Shown here one piece after another: positions 13,534 to 22,892 of a DNA stretch of 64,000 nt. Under the pieces are notes generated by a model, which had not been told where the DNA came from, did not search any database, and worked only from the letters and a program-made list of their open reading frames with translations. Source of the DNA: an uncultured Candidatus Saccharibacteria bacterium (GTDB taxonomy: Bacteria > Patescibacteriota > Andersenbacteria > UBA10190); NCBI GenBank assembly GCA_964371255.1, contig CAYJKV010000003.1, positions 86,901 through 150,900 on the forward strand, read 5' to 3'. The position numbers and the translations under genes were made by a program. Position 1 is the stretch's first letter, and every line of letters starts with the position of its first letter.

Positions 13534-14292
13534 CTAAGCTGGCTCCGCTGCTGGTGCCTCATCATGCTCCGACGTAGCTACGCCGATAAACACGAGGGTG
13601 AGCAGTGTAAAAACCAAAGCCTGGATCAAACCGACAAACACTTCCAGGAAATAGAACGGTACCGGCAACAGCAGGGGAACGAGGTACGTCATAACGACTA
13701 ACAAAACCTCACCGGCGAATATATTGCCAAATAAACGGAAGGTAAAGGAAATGACCCGCGAGACTTCAGATACTAGCTCCAGGAAACCGACAAACAACAT
13801 AATCGGATTCAGACTGACATATTTTTTAAGATGCTTAACGACCCCCAGTTCCTTGATTGCCCAAGATTGCGTCATCCCGACGGAAATAAGCGCCAGTGCT
13901 AAGGTAGTATTTAAATCAGCTGTGGCTGCCCGAAATAGCGGCACATTGCCATGGGCTGTCTGGATGTGAATAGAACCGACTCCCGGAATTAATCCCAGCC
14001 AATTGTTTATCAAAATGAAAGCAAAAAAAGTTAAGAGCAGCGGCAGTAAACTCGCCGCTTTGGCTGGACTATGCAAAATATCCTCCGTCATGCCTTGCAA
14101 CATTTCCGTGATTGATTCGACGACTTGTGCCGCGCGGCTTCTCGGCGATACGGTCAAGGCCCGGCTGGCGAGATAAAAAATAATCAGCACCACCACGCTG
14201 CCGACCAGCCCGGTCACCATTGCATTCGTCACGGTCAAAGACCCGATTGTTGTTAAACCTTCCGCCGCTAATGAAATGTGTACGTCAGCCAT
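13534..14292 (-). CDS. atpB: ATP synthase a
   Basis: TADLNTT, SFTFRLFGNIFAGE. Confidence 0.96.
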   Translation of the reverse strand: MADVHISLAAEGLTTIGSLTVTNAMVTGLVGSVVVLIIFYLASRALTVSPRSRAAQVVESITEMLQGMTEDILHSPAKAASLLPLLLTFFAFILINNWLGLIPGVGSIHIQTAHGNVPLFRAATADLNTTLALALISVGMTQSWAIKELGVVKHLKKYVSLNPIMLFVGFLELVSEVSRVISFTFRLFGNIFAGEVLLVVMTYLVPLLLPVPFYFLEVFVGLIQALVFTLLTLVFIGVATSEHDEAPAAEPA

Positions 14293-14294
14293 AA

Positions 14295-14549
14295 CTATAC
14301 TTTATTCAGATATTTGATTTTGCGCCAGATAGCGCCACCGGAAACTACTAATGCCACCGGCATCAGCCCAATCGTAATGATCGGTTTAGTCGCGAAAATA
14401 TTATCCAGCTTTAGGCCAATCGCTAATACCATCAGCAACGGAACGATGATAATAAATCCCACTTCGCTTGCCAGTGCCAGCACGTTCAGGTTCGGTGTTT
14501 GTGACGGTGATGACGTCTGTTCGGTTTTGTCTGTGGGCATAGTTTTCAT
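14295..14549 (-). CDS. AtpZ/AtpI-family protein
   Basis: Two TMs with G.KLD..F.TKP; first gene of atp operon; TTGACC-17-TAGACT promoter upstream. Confidence 0.75.
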   Translation of the reverse strand: MKTMPTDKTEQTSSPSQTPNLNVLALASEVGFIIIVPLLMVLAIGLKLDNIFATKPIITIGLMPVALVVSGGAIWRKIKYLNKV

Positions 14550-14704
14550 AGTAAAATTTGCTGCCAGTCTAATCGAGCAATGAATAAGGGTCAAGTATCA
14601 AAAAAATTCATTATTGACTTATAGTCATAACCATATTATCCTGTTTGGGTTGTCAGACATGGCAACCTTCAAGGCTAACCCTAACCACTACAAGGATTCA
14701 GTGT

Positions 14705-15127
14705 ATGGCGGGACATAATGTAAAAACCGTTGTTGTCTTCTGCTCCGACTTTCGTCAGAACCAACAGGTAATGGATCATTGTCAAGCAGCATATGGGGAG
14801 TTCGATACTCTATCTTTTCCGGGTGCCTGCCTGCCCTTCTTGGCCGACGATTCAAGCCAGGTAACCGGCCAGTGGCTTACTATCCTTCATAAACTGCATG
14901 GCAATCAAAAGGTAGTAATCATTGATCACCTTGATTGCGGCGCATACAAAGTAACCTACGGTCAGGACCTGGCTGGTGCTCCTCCTGAACATGAAGGTTT
15001 TTTGCACCTAAAAAATTTCGTCGCTCTTCAAGAAAAATTCGCGACCGATCCGACCCTGCGCGACTTGAAGCTAGAATTCGCTCTTTATAACATCCCTACC
15101 CAGCACCTTGAGACTGTGAAGCTATAA
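14705..15127 (+). CDS. beta-carbonic anhydrase-like protein
   Basis: CSDFR and HLDCG Zn-ligand motifs. Confidence 0.75.
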   Translation: MAGHNVKTVVVFCSDFRQNQQVMDHCQAAYGEFDTLSFPGACLPFLADDSSQVTGQWLTILHKLHGNQKVVIIDHLDCGAYKVTYGQDLAGAPPEHEGFLHLKNFVALQEKFATDPTLRDLKLEFALYNIPTQHLETVKL

Positions 15128-15151
15128 ATTTCATCTCGAGACTGTTCGCCC

Positions 15152-15173
15152 AACCGCACCCTGCGGTTTTTTT
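15152..15173 (+). terminator. intrinsic terminator
   Basis: AACCGCA-CCC-TGCGGTT followed by T tract. Confidence 0.7.
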
Positions 15174-15237
15174 ATTATTTCTCCCAAATGAGTGTGGGCC
15201 CATAGGGGACCACGAATTTGGTGCGAAATAATAACCC
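15172..15237. repeat. imperfect palindrome, family C copy 1
   Basis: TTATTATTTCTCCCAAAT...ATTTGGTGCGAAATAATAACCC; resembles 62007-62074. Confidence 0.55.
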
Positions 15238-15396
15238 ATCCGTCTTGTGGCCCGAAGCTTTAGCGAAGGACCAAGCCCGAAGGGCGAAGGAGGGTTCGTT
15301 ACTTATGTAAATACATGATCGGCACACGAGACCTCGCCTTTTGAGCGAATTAAAAAAACCGCCGTAGCTTTCGCCGTAGCGGTGTGGACGTGCAAA

Positions 15397-16500
15397 TCAG
15401 CGAACGGCCAATGTGTCCGCCTTGTATTCAAGGTTTTTCGGGACAATCACGACTTTCTTCTCATCGCCGCGCTTCTCAATGTGTCCGCCTTGCCACGCTT
15501 TTATGCCATGGCAGTGCGCCAATTCAATCACCGTCTGAACTTGGTCTGGCGGCACATAGAGAGCGAAGCCAGCACCCATATTGAAGTTCCCATAGGCTTC
15601 TTCATCGCTGACCGGGCCGTGTCCCTGAATAAACGAGAACAGTATCTGTGGCTTCCCGGGGTTGTCGATTATGTACACGAATGGCTCCACCGCTCGCATC
15701 AGCTTCCGCCAACCATGGCCAGTGATATTGACGGTGTAGTGCAGGTCGACACAGGACAAACAGGCTTCAATCGCTTGAACGTAGATCGTCGTTGGCTGCA
15801 CCAGTGCTTCGCCGTATGTCTGCCTGCCGGAAAGAGGTGTCATGTAGCCACCAGGCAGCTTATCAGCGATGCGGCGCGCCAGCGTCAGGCCGTTAGCGTG
15901 GATGCCGGAGCTGGCGAGCAGTACGATCGCGTCACCATCCTGGATCCGAGGCATGATCAGTAGTTCTTTGGGTTTGATCATGCCAATGGCAGAGCCACTC
16001 AAGACCACGGTCTCCGACGCAATCATATCCTTCAGCGTCGGTGTTTCACCACCAGCCCAAGTGCAGCATGCCAGATCACAGCCTTCCTTCCATCCGCGCA
16101 TCAGATCACGAACGCGTCGCTCATCCGTAAACCAGTTGCCATCTCCGGCGGCCAGATGCATTGCCAATGAAATCGGCAATGCGCCGACCGTGATCATGTC
16201 GTTCACGATCGTGGCAATCGTATCGCGCGCCACATAGTCGTAATACGAGCGGCCGGTGAGCTTGTACATGGCATCAGCCACGAGATTCTTACTGCCCAAG
16301 CCTTCCTCGACATGTGCTAAGTAACAGTCCGGCATTTCGATCAGATAGGCACTTTCGCCGCGACTCCACGGCACTTCCTTGAGATCAAACTCGCGCAGGT
16401 AATGGGCAGTCTCCTGTGCTGTTTCTTGTGCCTGCCGCTTGAACGGGTCCATCAGGCTGTAGTCAACGCCAGTGCTGGCATAGGTCATTGGCTTGGTCAT
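15397..16500 (-). CDS. purM: AIR synthetase
   Basis: YASTGVD, GGETP, SSGIHANG, ITGHG, FNMGAG; SD before ATG 16500. Confidence 0.9.
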   Translation of the reverse strand: MTKPMTYASTGVDYSLMDPFKRQAQETAQETAHYLREFDLKEVPWSRGESAYLIEMPDCYLAHVEEGLGSKNLVADAMYKLTGRSYYDYVARDTIATIVNDMITVGALPISLAMHLAAGDGNWFTDERRVRDLMRGWKEGCDLACCTWAGGETPTLKDMIASETVVLSGSAIGMIKPKELLIMPRIQDGDAIVLLASSGIHANGLTLARRIADKLPGGYMTPLSGRQTYGEALVQPTTIYVQAIEACLSCVDLHYTVNITGHGWRKLMRAVEPFVYIIDNPGKPQILFSFIQGHGPVSDEEAYGNFNMGAGFALYVPPDQVQTVIELAHCHGIKAWQGGHIEKRGDEKKVVIVPKNLEYKADTLAVR

Positions 16501-16699
16501 GGTTTGTTGCTCCAAATTGTGAAAGGGCTAATTTGACGCTACGAAACAATTCCGAAGCGTGCAGGGTATCATACGTTTTCGGTCCAAATATGACAATTTA
16601 CATTTGCTGAAAGCGCCTCTCGCTGGTATGACCAAATGAGGCCGCGGATCGTCCGTGAGCTATTTTCTGAACATTCCCAACTAAATATAGGGAAAAACC

Positions 16700-19600
16700 A
16701 TGATCTATCGCATGTACCGACAGATGGACAGTAGTCTGGAGCTTGGTTTCTATATCGAGACCACAAGTCAGCTGTCCCAATTGGAGCAAAGACAGCTTCT
16801 GTGGCTGGTCGCAGAAACATTCGAACCCAGCCAAACTGGAACCGAACCCCACTTGACATCACCAGATGTCGTGGAAATCGGACCAAGGATTTCAATTGAG
16901 ACTCCATTCTCGTCGAATGCCGTCTCAATCTGCCAATCCATGGGGCTGCGGCAGATTACCCGTATCGAGCGTACTCACCGCCACCTAATTTGCAATGGCC
17001 AGTCGGCGGACATCCTCCTTCAGACTCATCTTGACCTAATGACCGAGCAGCACTACCCGAACGGAATCGAGAGTTTTGACACCGGCACATTGCCTGAAGG
17101 TGTCAAAGAAATCGACCTCATGGGTCGCGGCCAAGAAGCACTCGACGATATGAACAGTGCGCTTGGTCTTGGCATGGATGCCCGGGACCTCGAGTACTAT
17201 CAATATCTTTTTACTCAGGTCCTTCACCGGAATCCGACCGATGTTGAATTGTTCCAACTGGGCAACGCCAACAGCGAGCACAGCCGGCACTGGTACTTCA
17301 AGGGCCAGATTGTCATCGATGGAACGCCCATGCCGGAGACTCTCTTTGCGATCGTTCAGCGCCCGCTGAAAAGTCTCGGCAGTGATAATCGCAGCCTCGT
17401 TGCCTTTAGGGACAACGCTGGTGTGATCAAAGGATTCGGCACGCGCTTAATCCTTCCTGTCAATCCAGGCATGCCTTCGGCAATGTGTATCTTGGCAAAG
17501 GTGGTTCATATCACCTGTACCGCGGAAACTCACAACCATCCGACTTTCGTGTCGCCATACAATGGCGCTGCCACCGGTCCGGGAGGTGAAATACGTGACG
17601 GCAGTGCCGTTGGTTGTGGAGGTATATCAGGCATCGGTGTATTTGGTCTTTTTGTTGGCAACCTCTTTATCCCCGGGTATGAAATCCCAGGAGAAATAGT
17701 GGGTTACGGCAAACCGTCCAAGTACGCCTCTCCTCTTAGAATTCTGATTGAAGGAAGCAACGGGGCTTTTGATTACGGCAACCAGATCGGCAGGGCAGTC
17801 ACTCTAGGCTTTTGCCGAACCTTCGGTCAGACAGTCGGAGGCCAGTGGCGTGAGCCACGCAAACCAATCCTCTATAGTGGTGGTGTCGGTCACTTGTTTA
17901 ACGAGCACATCATTAAAGGGACGCCTGAAGTTGGCATGCTCATCGTGCGCATTGGCGGCCCCGCTTACCCTGTCGGGGTTGGCGGAGGCTCAGCTTCAAG
18001 CATGATGCAGGGTCAGAACACCGAGGATCTCGATTTCAACTCCGTCCAGCGCGGTAACGCAGAAATGGAGAATCGGGCGAACCGGGTCATTCGAGCCTGC
18101 ATCGAAATGGGCAATCAAAATCCCATCTCAAGTATTCACGATCAAGGTGCCGGTGGGCCGAGCAATGTTCTTACGGAACTTCTTGAACCCCTCGGCGGCC
18201 AGATCAACATTCGCGGCATTGTGCTTGGCGACAAGACGATGTCCGTCCTTAAAATCTGGAGCGCTGAATTTCAAGAAGGATATGGACTCCTGATCAGGCC
18301 GGAACGGATCGAACTTTTCATGTCGGTCTGTAAACGCGAGCGTGTCAACTGCGAAGTCCTCGGTGCAATCGATGGCCGTGGAAACGTTGTCGTTGAAGAT
18401 TCTCAAAACGGGACAACACCCGTCGCACTGAACCTGGATCAGATTCTGACGAATATGCCTCAGAAAACGTTCGAGTCTACCCGAGGGACTGAAGGCCTCA
18501 AACCTTTGAACCTGCCGGATGTCACTGTCGGCGAGGCACTGCGGGCGGTGTTCAAACTTCCCAGTGTGGGTTCGAAAGGGTTCCTTGTTCACAAGGTGGA
18601 CCGAAGCGTTACTGGGCTCGTCGCGCAGCAACAATGCTGTGGCATTGCCCAGATTCCGATTGCGAATGTGAGCATTAACGCACAAAGCCATTTCGGTTTA
18701 ACCGGAGCGGCCAGTGCAGTCGGTGAACAGCCGGTGAAGATGCTCATTGATCCGCGAGCTGGAGCCAGAATGGCGGTAGCAGAAATGCTGACCAACCTGG
18801 CCTCGGCACGGATTAGTGGTATGGAAGATATTCGATGCCGTGCCAACTGGATGTGGCCTGCTAAGCTGCCTAACGAAGGCGCCCTCCTCTATGAGGCCGC
18901 AGTTGCTATGTCTGACCTCATGGTCGGGCTTGGCATTGCAGTTGATGGAGGTAAAGATAGCCTGTCAATGGCAGCGACAATTTCGGGAGAGCTCGTAAAG
19001 GCGCCTGGCAGTTTAGTGATTCTCGGGTACGCCCCCGTGCCTGACATCACGAAGAAGGTCACGCCGGATATCAAGGAGGCAGGACGAAGCGAGTTGTGGC
19101 TGATTGATCTTGGACTGGGTAAAAATCGCCTAGGCGGTTCAGCTCTAGCTCAAGCGTTCAACCAGCTCGGTGATGAGTCGCCCGATGTTGACAGCCCTAA
19201 ACTCCTCAAGAACGCGTTTCTTGCGGTGCAACAGATGATCGACGACGGGTTGATTCTGTCTCTGCATGATCGAAGCGACGGTGGTCTCATAACCGCGGTC
19301 GCAGAGATGTGTATGGCCAGTTGCTGTGGATTCAGTCTGAGCGTTCCTAACGCTGAAGAATTACTGGCTAGTTTATTTAGCGAGGAGCTCGGGTTTATTG
19401 TAGAAGTTGAACAAGGAGAAAAGATTGGTCAAATTTGTAAACTTTGCCAGTCACTCGGTGTACCGATTTACAATGTTGGCAAGACGCTGTTAAGCACTTT
19501 GTGCGAGGTACATAATGGTGCTGATCAAACATTCTGGGATAGCTCAATTACAGATCTCCGGGCGTGGTGGGAGTCTACATGTTACGAAGTCGAGAAGTTG

Positions 19601-20539
19601 CAGATGAATCCCGCGTGTGCCGAAGAAGAACATGTTGCTCGCCAGAGCCGGCTTCCCAGCATTAATGCGGCTCCATCTTATCAGCTCTCGTTTGCTCCAA
19701 TTGCAACACCTCTGGCAGTTCTGGAGGCGGACAACAAACCTCGTGTGGCGGTGCTGCGCGAGGAAGGCACGAACGGCGACCGAGAAATGCAAGCTGCCTG
19801 TGCAGCAGCCGGTTTTGCACCATGGGATGTCACTATGAGTGATCTTCTGGCAGGCAGCATCAATCTGGATATGTTCCAGGGGATCATCTTTGCTGGCGGC
19901 TTCTCCTACAAGGACGTATTCGACAGCGCTAAAGGCTGGGCCGGGACAATCCTGTTCAATGATAGGTTGAGGGAGATGTTCGACCGCTTCTACGTCCGCG
20001 AGGATATATTCTCGCTCGGCGTGTGCAACGGCTGTCAGCTGATGGCGCTACTCGGATGGGTACCGTGGCAAGGCATTGCCAGTGAGATGCAACCGAGGTT
20101 CGTTCACAACACTTCGGGTCGGTTTGAGTCCAGGTGGGTACAGGTAGAAGTTTTACCCAGCCCATCGGTGCTTCTTAACGGCCTGGAAGGATCGAAGCTC
20201 GGCATATGGGTCGCTCATGGCGAAGGCCGACTGGTTTATCCGGATCAGTCGATTGCGCAGGAGGTTTTAAAGCTTAAGCTGGCACCTCTCGTCTACCTGG
20301 ATCCATATGGTGAGCAGACGGAACTGTATCCATACAATCCGAATGGTTCGCCGCTCGGGATTACGGCTCTGTGCTCTCCAGACGGACGTCATCTTGCAAT
20401 GATGCCTCATCCAGAACGTTGTTTTCGTTGGTGGCAGTGGCCTTGGCAGCCAGCTTCATGGCAACGTCTCAACACCTCTCCATGGCTCCGGATGTTTCAG
20501 AACGCCAGGGAATGGTGCAGGGCTTACGGACTTATCTAA
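16700..20539 (+). CDS. purL: FGAM synthase, large fused form
   Basis: ANSEHSRH, AETHNHPT, GGKDSLSM, GVCNGCQ, MMPHPER. Confidence 0.97.
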   Translation: MIYRMYRQMDSSLELGFYIETTSQLSQLEQRQLLWLVAETFEPSQTGTEPHLTSPDVVEIGPRISIETPFSSNAVSICQSMGLRQITRIERTHRHLICNGQSADILLQTHLDLMTEQHYPNGIESFDTGTLPEGVKEIDLMGRGQEALDDMNSALGLGMDARDLEYYQYLFTQVLHRNPTDVELFQLGNANSEHSRHWYFKGQIVIDGTPMPETLFAIVQRPLKSLGSDNRSLVAFRDNAGVIKGFGTRLILPVNPGMPSAMCILAKVVHITCTAETHNHPTFVSPYNGAATGPGGEIRDGSAVGCGGISGIGVFGLFVGNLFIPGYEIPGEIVGYGKPSKYASPLRILIEGSNGAFDYGNQIGRAVTLGFCRTFGQTVGGQWREPRKPILYSGGVGHLFNEHIIKGTPEVGMLIVRIGGPAYPVGVGGGSASSMMQGQNTEDLDFNSVQRGNAEMENRANRVIRACIEMGNQNPISSIHDQGAGGPSNVLTELLEPLGGQINIRGIVLGDKTMSVLKIWSAEFQEGYGLLIRPERIELFMSVCKRERVNCEVLGAIDGRGNVVVEDSQNGTTPVALNLDQILTNMPQKTFESTRGTEGLKPLNLPDVTVGEALRAVFKLPSVGSKGFLVHKVDRSVTGLVAQQQCCGIAQIPIANVSINAQSHFGLTGAASAVGEQPVKMLIDPRAGARMAVAEMLTNLASARISGMEDIRCRANWMWPAKLPNEGALLYEAAVAMSDLMVGLGIAVDGGKDSLSMAATISGELVKAPGSLVILGYAPVPDITKKVTPDIKEAGRSELWLIDLGLGKNRLGGSALAQAFNQLGDESPDVDSPKLLKNAFLAVQQMIDDGLILSLHDRSDGGLITAVAEMCMASCCGFSLSVPNAEELLASLFSEELGFIVEVEQGEKIGQICKLCQSLGVPIYNVGKTLLSTLCEVHNGADQTFWDSSITDLRAWWESTCYEVEKLQMNPACAEEEHVARQSRLPSINAAPSYQLSFAPIATPLAVLEADNKPRVAVLREEGTNGDREMQAACAAAGFAPWDVTMSDLLAGSINLDMFQGIIFAGGFSYKDVFDSAKGWAGTILFNDRLREMFDRFYVREDIFSLGVCNGCQLMALLGWVPWQGIASEMQPRFVHNTSGRFESRWVQVEVLPSPSVLLNGLEGSKLGIWVAHGEGRLVYPDQSIAQEVLKLKLAPLVYLDPYGEQTELYPYNPNGSPLGITALCSPDGRHLAMMPHPERCFRWWQWPWQPASWQRLNTSPWLRMFQNAREWCRAYGLI

Positions 20540-20598
20540 AAGCCAATCCGACCTCTTACTTATGGATGTGTAAGGGGTTTTTTATTTTTTTCAGGCCC

Positions 20599-20760
20599 GT
20601 CATACCAACCGGAGTTAATTCCTGCTATATTCCACACTTATCCTTCTCCCTGCCTCGCCCCGCCGTTGGCGGGGATAAAGGGGCCTGCCTGCCGGTAGGC
20701 AGGGATTGATGGGGTTTGGTCGTCACCGGCATAGCAGACATTAAGTTCGGTTGGTATCAG
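20599..20760. mobile_element. MITE-like element, family A copy 1 (with two nested inserts)
   Basis: Terminal IR ATACCAACCG.../...CGGTTGGTAT; homologous to 22447-22565. Confidence 0.65.
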
Positions 20761-20820
20761 CCGGTCTTTTCATGCAGGGAACTTTGGTTCAAACGTTATC
20801 CACCCCGCGGCCACGGTCAC

Positions 20821-20849
20821 TAGACACACATTTAAAATGTGTCTATACT
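20821..20849 (+). promoter_or_regulatory. YcaO promoter overlapping an 8-bp-arm palindrome
   Basis: TAGACA-17-TATACT; TAGACACA-N9-TGTGTCTA. Confidence 0.55.
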
Positions 20850-20922
20850 GCCTATCTGGTTTTTCCTGTTCATTCGCTGTACCGACTGTGCCTTAACAAC
20901 TTTTCGTCTCGGAGAATAGATC

Positions 20923-22113
20923 ATGTTTCGCGTCAAAGTTCTTAGTAATGACCCGTCACCTCTCGCCTACAAGCCTCGTACCTATATTGTCGAAGCTCAA
21001 ACCGACCAAACTGTTGGCTATGGTTCTCATTCTGATTGCGCGACTGCCCGAGAAATTGCTATCGCTGAAGCAAGCGAACGGCAGGCTGTCTACGCTAACC
21101 TTCCCCTCAATGTTGGCCCGCTCAATGGCAGCAGTCAACGAATTGATCCCAGGACACTGATGCCGCTTTCCGTCGAGCAACTTCGTCACGTTTATTTGGA
21201 GGAATTCAATCCTGATCTGGACTATCGATGGCTGGCCGGTCATGAAGTTATGAACGGTTCGCCGGTCGAGATCATTGCGGATTGTTGTCTTTATTCTCTG
21301 CCAGATAATTGGCCCAACGGCCGTGTTGCCTGGGCGAATTCTAACGGCATGGCTGCTGGCAAGACGTATGACGACGCTGAAAAATCCGCTCTGCTCGAGT
21401 TATTCGAAAGAGACGCGCTGATGAATATCTGGATGTCACGTTTCTCGCCGCCCCAAATCGCTAACCGTCATCTGCCCGGCAAAGTCACTGCCATTCAGAA
21501 GGACTTATCCAGTACCGGCTACCAGTTTGCCACCCTTGACGCTACTTGTCGCTCTGTCCCGGTTGTGATCACATTGGCTTACCGGGACCGGCCCCCGGCA
21601 TTAGTTCTAACAGCAGCAGCGCGTTTTTCGTTGGTCGAAGCCGTTCACGCTGCCTGGCGCGAACTTGAGCGGGAAATATTTCTCCGGTTACTGTTAGCTA
21701 AGTCATCTGCTTCAACTGCTATGCCAACCAAGATACCGATCACTTGTGTCCGCAGCAGCAACGACCACGCCTCCTTTTACAGTGATCCTGAAAATTCGTC
21801 ATACGCTAGCTTTCTCTGGCAAAGCGATCCGGCCGACAACCAACCAGAGGACCGACACCAGCTTTGTGACCAACCGTCGTCAATATGGGACCTAAGAACT
21901 TGTTGCCAAAACTGCTCCATCAGTCAGCTATATTATCTCGACTATGGATTAATTAATGGCCACCATGTTATTCGTTTAATGACCCCGGATCTTGTGCCTT
22001 TGTTGTTCGGATATAATCAATTTCCCTTAGCCCATCGGGCTCGCCATACCTGTTATCTTCCATCTCTAACCCCTAACTGGAACTGCCCTGTTCCACCTCA
22101 CCCCTTGGATTGA
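20923..22113 (+). CDS. YcaO-family protein
   Basis: AIAEASER, NSNGMAAG, ALLELFERDA, C-terminal PVPPHPLD. Confidence 0.88.
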   Translation: MFRVKVLSNDPSPLAYKPRTYIVEAQTDQTVGYGSHSDCATAREIAIAEASERQAVYANLPLNVGPLNGSSQRIDPRTLMPLSVEQLRHVYLEEFNPDLDYRWLAGHEVMNGSPVEIIADCCLYSLPDNWPNGRVAWANSNGMAAGKTYDDAEKSALLELFERDALMNIWMSRFSPPQIANRHLPGKVTAIQKDLSSTGYQFATLDATCRSVPVVITLAYRDRPPALVLTAAARFSLVEAVHAAWRELEREIFLRLLLAKSSASTAMPTKIPITCVRSSNDHASFYSDPENSSYASFLWQSDPADNQPEDRHQLCDQPSSIWDLRTCCQNCSISQLYYLDYGLINGHHVIRLMTPDLVPLLFGYNQFPLAHRARHTCYLPSLTPNWNCPVPPHPLD

Positions 22114-22192
22114 CAAAACCAACCGTGTTAGACTACTATCTCGTTAGTTGTTGTTTTCGTTTTAAGGCATTCTCAAAAATAGGAGTAAAAAG

Positions 22193-22354
22193 ATGCCTTG
22201 CTCAAGTAGTGAACTCCCACGGGAGCAGAAACGGGTTAGCCATCAGGAAATCGAGCTAGCTGCGTACTATCGGTATCTGTGGCGGAAGCGAAACGGCATT
22301 CCCGGAACCGCCCAGGAAGATTTTGAGAGAGCTGCTGCAACGCTCGCCACGTAA
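22193..22354 (+). CDS. 53-aa DUF2934-like protein
   Basis: EIELAAYYRYLWRKRNGIPGTAQEDFERA; AGGAG SD; own TTGACA promoter; below the ORF-track cutoff. Confidence 0.65.
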   Translation: MPCSSSELPREQKRVSHQEIELAAYYRYLWRKRNGIPGTAQEDFERAAATLAT

Positions 22355-22446
22355 TGCATCCTCTTCCAACGTGCGTGCCCCCACCGCCACTCAATTACGA
22401 GTGTGCGGTTTTTTTATAAATAGGAGCCCAGCAGAAGAATATAGGT

Positions 22447-22565
22447 GTCATACCAACCGAAGTGAATTCCTGCTATATTCCACTGTCGTTCTTCCCCCTG
22501 ATAAGGGGGATTGAGGGGGTTTGGCCGTCACTGGCATAGCAGACATCAAATTCGGTTGGTATCAG
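22447..22565. mobile_element. MITE-like element, family A copy 2
   Basis: Perfect 12-bp IR ATACCAACCGAA/TTCGGTTGGTAT plus inner CTGCTAT/ATAGCAG. Confidence 0.65.
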
Positions 22566-22892
22566 GTTAGGAAAATTACGTCATCAATTTTCCAATAAGG
22601 GAATGGTCTCATCCATTCCCTTGTTGTCAGTCCACCCTAACGGAACATGTTAGAACCTTACTGCAACAAATGTGCCGGGAAACCTAACTTGAGCAGGGGT
22701 ACAGCGCCTTCGCTACAGTACACCCAAATAACATGGGCAAAGCGTCCGAAGCCATATTTGACAGAGAAGCATATACATGATTAGATATTGCATCCTAGCC
22801 GGTATGCTGGGAATGTAAGTTTTGAGGCTATTTAGGTTCCGGTGCGTTACCGGGATGGGATTAGTCTCACCATAACGTAAGGAGTTCCTTTT

